Shown here: piece after piece, positions 20,730 through 29,077 of the stretch
Position numbering within the stretch: the stretch's first letter is position 1
Layout: each line of letters opens with the position of its first letter
Source of the DNA: Dehalococcoidia bacterium
Lineage (GTDB): Bacteria > Chloroflexota > Dehalococcoidia > Lucifugimonadales > SHYT01
DNA length: 64,000 bases
Assembly (NCBI GenBank): GCA_009692665.1
Contig: SHYT01000006.1
Span: 14,224 to 78,223 of the forward strand
Direction of reading: 5' to 3'
Notes under the pieces: model-generated
The model's database searches: none
The model's input: the letters and a program-made list of their open reading frames with translations, nothing else
Told to the model about the DNA's origin: nothing
Made by a program: the position numbers and the translations under genes

Positions 20730-22292
20730 TTAAGCTCGTTCTTCGCCCTGGAACACTGTATGCAGTTCCCACTGTGGTGAAGGCTCTGGGAAGTCCGTGC
20801 GATAGTGCGCTCCACGGCTTTCCTGCCGCACGAGCGCCCCTTCTACCAGCAGGCGTCCTACCCACACTAGGCTCAGAAGCTCATGTGCAGTCCGTTGGCG
20901 CGACTTTGCGGGGATACGGCTCCAGACGCTGAGCACCCGTGCCGCCCAGAGCAGGTCTTCGCCGTTCCGCGCAATCCCCGCATTCCGCCACATCAAGTTT
21001 TGCACGTTCTCCAACGTCAGCGGCGGGATAGCCGCGCACGGCACCTGCCGGTTGGGCATCTTAAACACACGTTCCTTGCGAACGCCTTGTGGCTCTTCGT
21101 CAGTTTTATCAAGTGTGCGGTCCAGCAGCCGCTTGCCAAACACCACCGTCTCCAGCAACGAGTTGCTGGCCAGCCGGTTGGCGCCATGCACACCCGTCGA
21201 GGCAACTTCGCCACAGGCGTACAGCCCTGCCACCGTGGTCTCACCCCAGAGGTTCGTCTTCACACCGCCCATCATGTAGTGCGCCGCCGGCGCCACAGGC
21301 ACCATGTGCTTCGTCATATCAATGCGATAGCCAAGGCAGAACCGGTAAATCGTGGGGAATCGCGTGCGAATAGTCGCTGCGGGTAGATGCGTCACGTCCA
21401 GCAGCATGTGGTCCGCTGCCGCCTTCTCCATCTCCGCTACTATGGCGCGCGCCACCACGTCTCGCGGAGCAAGATCACCTTGCTCGCTGTAGCGTTTCAT
21501 GAACGCCTCGCCGTGGCCGTTGCGGAGTATCGCGCCCTCCCCGCGCACCGCCTCGGAGATAAGGAACGATGGCGCTCCCTTGATCGCCAGCGCGGTTGGA
21601 TGGAACTGGTAGAACTCCTCATCCATAATGGCCGCGCCCGCTTTAAATGCCAGATATACGCCATCACCGGTAGCGACCTCCGGGTTAGTCGTGTAACGAA
21701 ACAGCCGTCCCGCACCGCCTGTGGCAAGCACCGTGGCCTTCCCGCCAAACTCCTCTTCCTTACCCGTTCGCGTGTCCAGCACTCGGACACCGCGCGCAGC
21801 GCCGCCATCGTCCACAATAATGCGGGTCACCATGACGTGCTCGCACACCTTCACCCTGGACACCCGAAGCTGCGCGGCTAATGCAGTCTCAATGTTCAGT
21901 CCTGTCGCATCACCACCCGCATGCAGCACCCGTGACACACTGTGCGCCCCTTCGCGGGCCAGCAAGAGCGAGCCTTCCTCTGTATCGAATACAACACCAA
22001 GCCGCACCAGCTCCGAAATAGCCATTGGCCCGTCGCGTGTCAGTACATCCACTGCCTCTTGCAAGCACAACCCGGCGCCAGCCGCCACAGTATCCTGCGA
22101 ATGCAGCGCCGGCGAATCGTCCCAACCCACTGCAGCCGCAATTCCACCTTGCGCGTGCCGCGTATTGGCATCCTCAATGCTGCCCTTGGTGATGAGCAGC
22201 ACAGAGCCATGTTCCTGCGCCATCAGCGCTGTATACAGCCCGCCAATCCCGCTGCCAATGATGATGTAGTCAAACTGTTCAGAAGTGGTCAC
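20730..22292 (-). CDS. nadB: L-aspartate oxidase
   Basis: 520 aa. FAD-binding motif DYIIIGSGIGG, HAQGGIAA, and the C-terminal RQESRGAHYRTDFP. Confidence 0.95.
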   Translation of the reverse strand: MTTSEQFDYIIIGSGIGGLYTALMAQEHGSVLLITKGSIEDANTRHAQGGIAAAVGWDDSPALHSQDTVAAGAGLCLQEAVDVLTRDGPMAISELVRLGVVFDTEEGSLLLAREGAHSVSRVLHAGGDATGLNIETALAAQLRVSRVKVCEHVMVTRIIVDDGGAARGVRVLDTRTGKEEEFGGKATVLATGGAGRLFRYTTNPEVATGDGVYLAFKAGAAIMDEEFYQFHPTALAIKGAPSFLISEAVRGEGAILRNGHGEAFMKRYSEQGDLAPRDVVARAIVAEMEKAAADHMLLDVTHLPAATIRTRFPTIYRFCLGYRIDMTKHMVPVAPAAHYMMGGVKTNLWGETTVAGLYACGEVASTGVHGANRLASNSLLETVVFGKRLLDRTLDKTDEEPQGVRKERVFKMPNRQVPCAAIPPLTLENVQNLMWRNAGIARNGEDLLWAARVLSVWSRIPAKSRQRTAHELLSLVWVGRLLVEGALVRQESRGAHYRTDFPEPSPQWELHTVFQGEERA

Positions 22293-22328
22293 GCGCTACC
22301 TCGACACAACACAGTCTTAGCCCTAGTC

Positions 22329-22721
22329 CTAGCTCGGTACCTCGCTGGTGAGTGCCATCGTGTTGCCCTCGGTGTCATTGAAAAAAGCCATCCCTATCGT
22401 GACATTGCCCATCTTCGTAATGACATGTGGGTCCAGGATAAAGTGAATGCCCTTTATCTTGAACGCATTCGCCGCCGCCTGAATGTCCGCGACTTTGAAG
22501 TAGACGGGGCAACTGGGATGCGCAAATTGCTTGTCCTCCGGCACGTCCAGCATGAGCCGAATGCCGTTGCAGTCAAAGAACGCCAGCGCGGGCGGCGCCT
22601 GGAACATCAGCTTCATGCCCAGGGAGTCCCGATAGAACGCCACTGCACGGTTGATGTCCTTGACCGGAACGGCGATTTGGGCAATGACTGAGAGGCCCAG
22701 GTGGGTATTTGATTGAGTCAT
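22329..22721 (-). CDS. VOC (glyoxalase/bleomycin-resistance/dioxygenase) family protein
   Basis: 130 aa. IAVPVKDINRAVAFYRDSLGMKL and the beta-alpha-beta-beta-beta pattern are typical of VOC proteins. Confidence 0.7.
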   Translation of the reverse strand: MTQSNTHLGLSVIAQIAVPVKDINRAVAFYRDSLGMKLMFQAPPALAFFDCNGIRLMLDVPEDKQFAHPSCPVYFKVADIQAAANAFKIKGIHFILDPHVITKMGNVTIGMAFFNDTEGNTMALTSEVPS

Positions 22722-22728
22722 AACATTC

Positions 22729-23898
22729 TTACCTCGTCAGCTTCCGAATTTCGTCCGCCACGTGCGCCACCTCTTGCTCCGTATTAAACAGATGCAGTGA
22801 GAGCCGCACGCCGCGAAGCGGATCAATCGCCCGGCACACAATCTTTCGCTCCTGCCACAACGCGTCCACAATAGCCTGCGGTTCCTGGCCCGCAATGCTG
22901 AAGGTGACCAGAGAGGTAGCCTCAGGCGGCTCCGCGGGCGAGTGCACCTGCACGTTTGGGATCTTGGACAGCGCCTGTTTCATCGCGGTGGCTAGCAGCG
23001 TGTTGTGCTCTTGAATATCGGCAAGACCTAGACCCTGGAGGAACGTGATGGCCTCCATATATCCCGCCTGCAGCGGCCTGCTGGACGTGGTAAGGTGGAA
23101 TTTCTCCACCGATGTATCATTCGGCTCCCAATCACCCGTCGGCAACCACGACGTCGCCGCGTGCGATGAAACAAACGTCGGCTGCAAGCCCTCAATGGCG
23201 TCCTTCCGTACGTACAGCGCGCCTGTTCCCTGCGGTCCGCATAGCCACTTATGGCCGGGTGTTGCGTAGAAGTCCACGCCCATTGCGTGCAGGTCCAGCG
23301 GTATGTTTCCCAGCCCCTGCGCGCCATCCAACAGCACCTGGACACCGTGGCGCTTTGCCAGCGCGCATATCTCTTCGGCTGGCATGCACATGCCGTTCAG
23401 ATAGTGCACGTGACTCAGGAAGATGAGCCGCGTTCGCGGTGTGATCGCCTCGGCAATCTTCGCCACGATGCTTGCCCGAGGCTCCGTAGGCGATATCTCT
23501 ACTAGCCGCAGCTTTACTCCATACCGGCGCGCTACCTGCATCGCCAGCACCATAACCGACGGGTATTCAATAGTGACCGTGAGCATCTCGTCCCCTAGCC
23601 TCCAGGGAATGCCGTGCAGGACGATGTTCAGTCCCTCAGTAGTAGTGTGCGTCAGGTGTATCTCATCTGCGGATGCGTTGAGCATTCCTGCGATAGTGGC
23701 CTTGGCCTGTTCCTCCAGCGCCTTGCCGCTCTCCAGCACGTGCGGGCTCGTTGGTCCTTCCTGCGAGTGCAGTGCAAGCCGCTGCTGGACGGCCTTTACA
23801 ACCGTAGCCGGAGACGGCCCTTCGAAGCCGCTGTTCATATAGATGGTCCGCTGGCATGCCGGGAACAGCAGCCGGATACTTTGCACGTCCAGAGCCAT
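22729..23898 (-). CDS. class V aminotransferase-fold PLP enzyme (cysteine desulfurase-like)
   Basis: IYMNSGFEGP start region and the PLP-lysine motif ATPGHKWLCGPQGTGALY. ATG 23898 is preferred over the track start at 23952. Confidence 0.8.
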   Translation of the reverse strand: MALDVQSIRLLFPACQRTIYMNSGFEGPSPATVVKAVQQRLALHSQEGPTSPHVLESGKALEEQAKATIAGMLNASADEIHLTHTTTEGLNIVLHGIPWRLGDEMLTVTIEYPSVMVLAMQVARRYGVKLRLVEISPTEPRASIVAKIAEAITPRTRLIFLSHVHYLNGMCMPAEEICALAKRHGVQVLLDGAQGLGNIPLDLHAMGVDFYATPGHKWLCGPQGTGALYVRKDAIEGLQPTFVSSHAATSWLPTGDWEPNDTSVEKFHLTTSSRPLQAGYMEAITFLQGLGLADIQEHNTLLATAMKQALSKIPNVQVHSPAEPPEATSLVTFSIAGQEPQAIVDALWQERKIVCRAIDPLRGVRLSLHLFNTEQEVAHVADEIRKLTR

Positions 23899-23980
23899 CT
23901 TCCTGTCCCATCTATGCCGACGCCATCCCTTGAGGGATGGCGTCACAAGCAATTTTTCCGCGTGTGGCTTTTACAGAGCA

Positions 23981-25192
23981 CTAGCCGTATTGCAGCATCC
24001 GCTCCAGCGCGAGCTTGGCGTTCTTCCGTGTGTCGCCCGTCACTACAATCTCGTTCACCACCTCGCCCTTGACCAGGCTTTCCAGCACCCACGCCAGGTA
24101 CGCGGGGTGAATACGGTACATAGTCGAGCACGGGCAGACCACCGGATCAAGGCAGAATACGGTCTTGTCCGAGTTCTCCTTCGCGATGCGGTTCACCAGG
24201 CTAATCTCAGTGCCCACGCCCCAAACGCTGCCTTTGGGCGCAGCGCTTATCGCTTTGGAAATTTGCTCCGTAGAGCCAACTTTGTCCGCTGCTTGCACCA
24301 CTTCCATTGGGCACTCTGGGTGCACCATGATAGTGATGTCCGGGTACTTGGCCCGCGCCTCCTGGATTTGCTTCGGGTTGAAGCGCGTGTGCACGGAGCA
24401 GTGGCCCTTCCAGAGAATAAGCTTGGCGTGCCCTAGTTGCTCCTTGGTGTTCCCGCCCAACGGCTTGAACGGATTCCACAGCACCATCTCATCCAGTTTG
24501 ATACCCATCTTCAGGCCCGTGTTGCGACCCAGGTGCTGGTCGGGATAGAAAATGACACGTGGCGCCTGCTTGTACGCCCACTGCATCACGTTGTCCGCAA
24601 TCGATGACGTGCAAATGATACCGTTATTGCGCCCGCAAAGCGCCTTGAGATCGGCCGTGCAGTTCATGTAGGCCACCGGCACAATGCTGCCTGGGCCCAG
24701 CGTATCCATCAGGTCATCCCAGCACTCTTCCACGTCGCCGGTCTGCGCCATATCAGACATGGAGCAGCCTGCCGCCATGTTCGGCAGCATCACCCGCTGG
24801 TGCGGCTGCGCCAGGACGGACGCTGTCTCCGCCATGAAGTGCACGCCGCAGAACACGATGTACTCGGCGTCCTTCTGCTCAGCAGCAAGCTGCGAGAGCT
24901 TGAACGAGTCACCGCGGAAGTCCGCGTGCTGGATGATCTCGTCGCGCTGGTAGTGGTGCCCCAGGATAATCAGCCGCTTCCCGAGTTTGCCCTTCGCGGC
25001 ACGAATACGGTCATCAAGCTCAGGCGCCGTGGTGCGCATGTACTCAATGGGAAGCCGTTGCCAGCGGACGCCGGACTTGAACTCCTCCACCAGCGGCTTG
25101 GAGACAAGCGATTCGGTTGTACAGAACGCAGACTGCTCCAGCTCGGTCAGCGGAACCCGCGTCCTCTTGATCGTCGTCAACATTTCAGCCAT
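23981..25192 (-). CDS. nadA: quinolinate synthase (long form)
   Basis: 403 aa. ILGHHYQRDEI..ADFRGDSFKLS, FCGVHFMAE and conserved Cys residues are typical of NadA. Confidence 0.9.
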   Translation of the reverse strand: MAEMLTTIKRTRVPLTELEQSAFCTTESLVSKPLVEEFKSGVRWQRLPIEYMRTTAPELDDRIRAAKGKLGKRLIILGHHYQRDEIIQHADFRGDSFKLSQLAAEQKDAEYIVFCGVHFMAETASVLAQPHQRVMLPNMAAGCSMSDMAQTGDVEECWDDLMDTLGPGSIVPVAYMNCTADLKALCGRNNGIICTSSIADNVMQWAYKQAPRVIFYPDQHLGRNTGLKMGIKLDEMVLWNPFKPLGGNTKEQLGHAKLILWKGHCSVHTRFNPKQIQEARAKYPDITIMVHPECPMEVVQAADKVGSTEQISKAISAAPKGSVWGVGTEISLVNRIAKENSDKTVFCLDPVVCPCSTMYRIHPAYLAWVLESLVKGEVVNEIVVTGDTRKNAKLALERMLQYG

Positions 25193-25201
25193 AGCAACCT
25201 C

Positions 25202-26581
25202 CTATTGGATGCCTGCCAACTTGCCCTGGAGAGCCCATGCGCTCGTGTGCGTGACCTCCACGTCCACCAGCTTTCCCAGCAAGTCTCGCGGATGCTCAAA
25301 AAACACCAACTTGTCAGTGCGTGTGCGGCCCTTCCACTTTCCAGACTCGTGGCCGTCCACCAGTACCCCAATGGTCTTCATTAAGTACGCTGCGTTCCGC
25401 TCCGTCGCGATGCGTGTTTGCAGTTTTTCCAGCACCTGCAGCCGCTCATCTTTTACACGCTCCGGCACGTCATCTACCATCTTCCGCTCAGCAATCGTCC
25501 CCGGCCGCGTGGAGTACCGCGCCAGATGCACCTTGTCGAACCTGACCTCTTCCAGCAGCGAGACTGTCTGCGCAAACTGCTCATCCGTCTCACCGCAAAA
25601 ACCAACAATAATGTCCGTGTGCAAGCCTACGCCCGGCATCGCCATTCGAATCCTGTCCACTAGGCGAACGTAGTCCGCCCGCGTATACCCGCGCCGCATC
25701 GTCTCCAGCACCGTATCATCCCCCGCCTGAATCGGCAGGTTAATGAGCTCGCACACTTTCGGCAGATCAGCCACTGTCTTGATGATGCGGTCCGTCATGT
25801 AATTGGGATGAGAGGTCAGGAACCGGACGCGCTGCAAGCCACTCACTCCGTGCACAGCAGTAAGGAGGTCCGCCAGGTCGGGCTTCTCCGCCAGGTCCAG
25901 CCCGTACGCATCCACCGTCTGCCCCAACAGCGTTACCTCTTTGACCCCGCGCTCTACTAGGTGCTGCACCTCCCACACAATCTCATCCACCGTGCGGCTC
26001 ATTTGCCGGCCGCGGCGGTACGGAATGATGCAGAAGGAGCAGAACAAATCACACCCATGAATGATCGGCACGTAACTCGACACGTCCGGCTGCAGGGGCG
26101 CCAGCGAGCCAACGCACCCTTCCCAGTCCACGCCCAACCGTTCGCCAACCACATCCAGAAGCGGTTTGTACTCCTGGGGGCGCATAAACAGGTCAACGTA
26201 CGGGAACCGGCGCTTCATTTCCTTGCTCACGGTGGGGCCAACCATGCACCCCATGAGCGCAATCACCTTGTCCGGCTGCTCGCGCTTCAGCGGGCGCATC
26301 AGCCCCAGCGCGCTCGCCACCTTGTCCTCAGCCGACTGCCGCACCACGCATGAGTTGAACACCACAACGTCCGCGTTCTGTGCGTCCCCCACCTGCCGCA
26401 GCCCAAGCTGCTCCAGCGCACTCCCCAACCGCTGAGAATCCGCCACGTTCATCTGGCACCCAATAGTCCAGATGTAATAGCTCTTCGGCCCAACTCCCCT
26501 TTCTCCTTGTGGGAAAGGGTGAGGGATGCTTTCATTTGCTGAAGGCACTTGTCCCCTTGTTTCCAGCCGAATATCAACCAC
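25202..26581 (-). CDS. miaB: tRNA-i6A37 methylthiotransferase
   Basis: 459 aa. UPF0004 domain (YIWTIGCQMNVADS), radical-SAM CDLFCSFCIIPYRRG, and a TRAM C-terminus. The N-terminal ~40 aa are atypical and contain an interspersed repeat. An alternative in-frame start is GTG 26548. Confidence 0.9.
   Translation of the reverse strand: MVDIRLETRGQVPSANESIPHPFPQGERGVGPKSYYIWTIGCQMNVADSQRLGSALEQLGLRQVGDAQNADVVVFNSCVVRQSAEDKVASALGLMRPLKREQPDKVIALMGCMVGPTVSKEMKRRFPYVDLFMRPQEYKPLLDVVGERLGVDWEGCVGSLAPLQPDVSSYVPIIHGCDLFCSFCIIPYRRGRQMSRTVDEIVWEVQHLVERGVKEVTLLGQTVDAYGLDLAEKPDLADLLTAVHGVSGLQRVRFLTSHPNYMTDRIIKTVADLPKVCELINLPIQAGDDTVLETMRRGYTRADYVRLVDRIRMAMPGVGLHTDIIVGFCGETDEQFAQTVSLLEEVRFDKVHLARYSTRPGTIAERKMVDDVPERVKDERLQVLEKLQTRIATERNAAYLMKTIGVLVDGHESGKWKGRTRTDKLVFFEHPRDLLGKLVDVEVTHTSAWALQGKLAGIQ
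26495..26526. repeat. TCCCCT..TCC / GGA.AGGG..GTGAGGGA hairpin repeat, copy 1
   Basis: TCCCCTTTCTCCTTGTGGGAAAGGGTGAGGGA, with a 7-bp stem CCCTTTC/GAAAGGG. It is related to the copy at 51294-51333 and lies inside the 5' end of the miaB ORF. Confidence 0.6.
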
Positions 26582-27314
26582 CGGTAACCTCTACGTATCT
26601 CTTTGACTGCGGCGGCATGTACGTACCCTCACGCAGTTCGTCCAGCATCCGCACCACGCGCTTCTGGCGCGTAGCCTCCTGCTTCCCTTCGGCAATCCAG
26701 GATAGGTACCCATTGCGCTGGTAATAGGGCCGCGCTTCATACACCTTCATGAGCCCAGCCTTCTGGAACGTTGCACGTATTTCCGGTGACATGGTGAGCG
26801 TTGGCCGTGTCCTGCCCTTAACGACAATTTTCTTGTCTTGCAGGTTATTCGCCACCGCTTGCTTCACGTACTCGATAATGACCTTGTCCTCGACATCTTT
26901 GGCGTCCGTGTAGCGGATGGAGCGGTTGTGCAGGTTTTCCGGCTCGGAGTCAAAGGCCTGGTATTGGTCCACTAGCAGCGAACCCTGCCGAAAAGTGAAT
27001 TTCACAAAGTTCTTCGATGCCCAGAAGAAGCACACCGGCCCGTTGTGGGAGAAATACGGCGAAGTCCACTTCCACTCCTCCACAATAGTAGCGGCCGCCT
27101 TATGCACTAGTGCACGGAGCTTTTCGCCAATCTGTCGCTGCCAGTCCGGCAGTTGGGCAAGGTAGACATCAATGTTCGTGGAAGCCGGGGAAGGACGCCT
27201 GGCGACAGATGGACGAGCTACCTTGCTGGCGGCGATTGTCCGCCCTGTGCGTGGTGCCATCTCTGCTAGCCTTGTGCTCAACTCGGCCCCTAGTACGGAG
27301 AGTTCGTCAGTCAT
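26574..27314 (-). CDS. DUF1801 (YdhG-like) plus YdeI/OmpD-associated domain protein
   Basis: 246 aa. YLAQLPDWQRQIGEKLRALV...EEWKW..PYFSHNGP (DUF1801-like) and the C-terminal ARPYYQRNGYLSWIAEGKQEATRQKRV (YdeI-like). Confidence 0.65.
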   Translation of the reverse strand: MTDELSVLGAELSTRLAEMAPRTGRTIAASKVARPSVARRPSPASTNIDVYLAQLPDWQRQIGEKLRALVHKAAATIVEEWKWTSPYFSHNGPVCFFWASKNFVKFTFRQGSLLVDQYQAFDSEPENLHNRSIRYTDAKDVEDKVIIEYVKQAVANNLQDKKIVVKGRTRPTLTMSPEIRATFQKAGLMKVYEARPYYQRNGYLSWIAEGKQEATRQKRVVRMLDELREGTYMPPQSKRYVEVTGG

Positions 27315-27328
27315 ACGACAGATGTGGC

Positions 27329-27421
27329 TGGCGGGGGGAGAGGGATTCGAACCCTCGAGAGGCTTTAAGGGCCCCCAATCGCTTAGCAGGCGACCGCACT
27401 AGACCACTATGCGATCCCCCC
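27329..27421 (-). tRNA. tRNA-Ser (anticodon GCU), CCA encoded
   Basis: Manual cloverleaf of the reverse complement. Acceptor GGGGGGA/TCCCCCC; D stem GCAT/GTGC; anticodon stem GTCGC/GCGAT with loop CTGCTAA; long variable arm; T arm GAGGG-TTCGAAT-CCCTC; discriminator G plus CCA. 93 nt in total. Confidence 0.9.
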
Positions 27422-27641
27422 GACGCTTTTCCCCTCGGCTCACTAAGGCTGAGGGGATTGGAGCGAACCGTAAGCCATCAGCCTACGCACATGACGAGTT
27501 CCGTTCATGGTAACGGAAGCCAAGAACCGCGACAAGACGCTTTGCATGGCGCTTTCCAAGCTACGCTTGTGAAGGAAGTAACAAATTGACATCCAGGATA
27601 CCTTGAAGCAGCCTATTATGGCAATAACTATCATCTTTGCA

Positions 27642-27670
27642 AGCTTGTCGAATCCACGAACGGACGCCAC
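27642..27670. repeat. 29-nt interspersed repeat AGCTTGTCGAATCCAYGAACGGACGCCAC, copy A
   Basis: Identical to 53173-53201 except for one C/T difference. A near-complementary decamer CCGTTCATGG lies upstream at 27501-27510. Confidence 0.85.
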
Positions 27671-27686
27671 TTATGTGGCCCGTGTA

Positions 27687-27717
27687 CGTAGGGGCGGGTT
27701 TGAAACCCGCCCCTACG
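27687..27717. repeat. GTAGGGGC-type palindromic hairpin (possible terminator of the DinB gene)
   Basis: CGTAGGGGCGGGTTTGAAACCCGCCCCTACG is a 31-nt near-perfect palindrome. It shares the outer stem GTAGGGGCG/CGCCCCTAC with the hairpins at 48403 and 62753 and lies about 80 nt 3' of the minus-strand DinB gene. Confidence 0.6.
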
Positions 27718-27796
27718 ACTTGCCCTATGCCAGCTTCGCCTCTTATCGAGCCTTCCGACGCACACCTTGGGGGGGCGAGGCGTGGCCTACCTGCCC

Positions 27797-28306
27797 CTAC
27801 CCAACGTAGCCTTTGCCGCCCTTGATGCCCTTGATGGCGGAGATCTCGCCCATGTGGTCCGCAAAGTGCGTCACAATGGCGCTTGAGAGCTGGTTGGCCA
27901 GCGGCACCATATTCCCGCCGGCACCCGGAATCTGCTTGTCCAAATCCGAAGGCTGCGCTGTGGCCAGGTACGCGTCAACCGAGGCCAGGACCTGGTTGGT
28001 GTACTCCTTGAGCGCCGCCAGGTTCACCTTCGCAGCACGCGCCTTTGCCAGGTCCTGCCGTCCCGGTGCAATACCGTTGATCTTTGTTCCCCAGTTGCCG
28101 CTGTCCCAAATGGGCGTCTTGCCCTGCGCCGTCTTATTCACGACCGTATCCAGATACCCAAGGCTGTGTACCACCAACTGGGAAATAGGGTTCGCAAGCC
28201 CTTCCGGATGGTAGTCCACCTGCTCTTGGGTCATATCGCCAAGAATGTTGTTCCAGTCACGCCGGAGTCCCGTAGCCTGCGTCTTCAACAAAGCCAAACC
28301 GTCCAA
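27797..28306 (-). CDS. DinB-family (four-helix bundle, metal-binding) protein
   Basis: W..IL.DMTQEQVDYHP...NPISQLVVHSLGYLD...HFADHMGEI fits the DinB/YfiT-like His triad pattern. TTG 28306 has GGAGGA 6 nt upstream. The track start at 28384 would overlap moaE. Confidence 0.7.
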   Translation of the reverse strand: MDGLALLKTQATGLRRDWNNILGDMTQEQVDYHPEGLANPISQLVVHSLGYLDTVVNKTAQGKTPIWDSGNWGTKINGIAPGRQDLAKARAAKVNLAALKEYTNQVLASVDAYLATAQPSDLDKQIPGAGGNMVPLANQLSSAIVTHFADHMGEISAIKGIKGGKGYVG

Positions 28307-28319
28307 AGGTAGTCCTCCT

Positions 28320-28760
28320 CTAAGTCGCTGGGCTCTGCGCCTCAGCGTGCTCCTCGCTGCCAATCCAGACCTGGCCGCCCGCAAACACCTCGCGCTTCCA
28401 GATGGGCACCGTTTCCTTGATGTGGTCTACTGCAAACGCGCAGGCGGCAAACGCTTCTTTGCGATGTGGCGCGCCCGTGGCGATAATCAGACTCACCTCG
28501 CCAATTTCCAGCCTGCCCAATCGGTGCCCAATCGCAATGTCTATACCAGGCCACCGTCGGGACGCTTCCTCGGCCACGCGTTGAAGCTCCTGCTGGGCCA
28601 TCTCTTCGTACGCCTCATACTCCAGGTACAGCACCTTGCGGCCCTCGTTGTGGTTCCGCGTCACACCCAAGAACGTGACCACGCCACCGTTCTCCGGCTT
28701 CTGCACAGCGGATGTCAATGTGTCAGCATCCAGAACGTCGCGAGTGAGAACAATCTTCAC
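28320..28760 (-). CDS. moaE: molybdopterin synthase catalytic subunit
   Basis: 146 aa. GGVVTFLGVTRNHNEGRKVLYLEYEAYEEMA...ATGAPHRKEAFAACAFAVDHIKETVPIWKRE is typical of MoaE. The GTG start overlaps the moaD stop (GTGA). Confidence 0.9.
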   Translation of the reverse strand: MKIVLTRDVLDADTLTSAVQKPENGGVVTFLGVTRNHNEGRKVLYLEYEAYEEMAQQELQRVAEEASRRWPGIDIAIGHRLGRLEIGEVSLIIATGAPHRKEAFAACAFAVDHIKETVPIWKREVFAGGQVWIGSEEHAEAQSPAT

Positions 28761-29008
28761 GGAGCACCTCCGCTCACGGGAGGAATAATCGCAATCTCGT
28801 CATTATCCTGCAAGCGATGGTCGCGCTCCACGTACTCCCGGTTCACCGCGATCATGCTGCGCCGCAAAATGGCCGGTAGCTTCGGAAACTGCAAGCCGAC
28901 CACATCAAGCGCTTGGCCCACGCTTGCATTGGCCGGCACATCCAGCAACACTTCGCTTCTATCGGCGCGCTCACGGGCAATAGCAAAGAATCTAATGCGT
29001 ACTTTCAT
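28757..29008 (-). CDS. moaD: MoaD/ThiS-family sulfur carrier protein (Gly-Gly followed by Ala-Pro)
   Basis: 83 aa. Begins MKVRIRFFAIARERA and ends EIAIIPPVSGGAP. Translationally coupled to moaE. Confidence 0.8.
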   Translation of the reverse strand: MKVRIRFFAIARERADRSEVLLDVPANASVGQALDVVGLQFPKLPAILRRSMIAVNREYVERDHRLQDNDEIAIIPPVSGGAP

Positions 29009-29077
29009 ACCGGGTATTATGGCACTGACCCTCTGTACCATGCAAAGCGACAGTGGTTGCGACTGGCCGCAGCAGCA

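Noticed and set aside
27422-27796. Integrated-element scar next to tRNA-Ser
   Set aside because: The repeat-rich non-coding stretch lies on the 5' side of the tRNA gene. No integrase gene is present, and no direct repeat of the tRNA 3' end was found. The content is explained by the short interspersed repeats.
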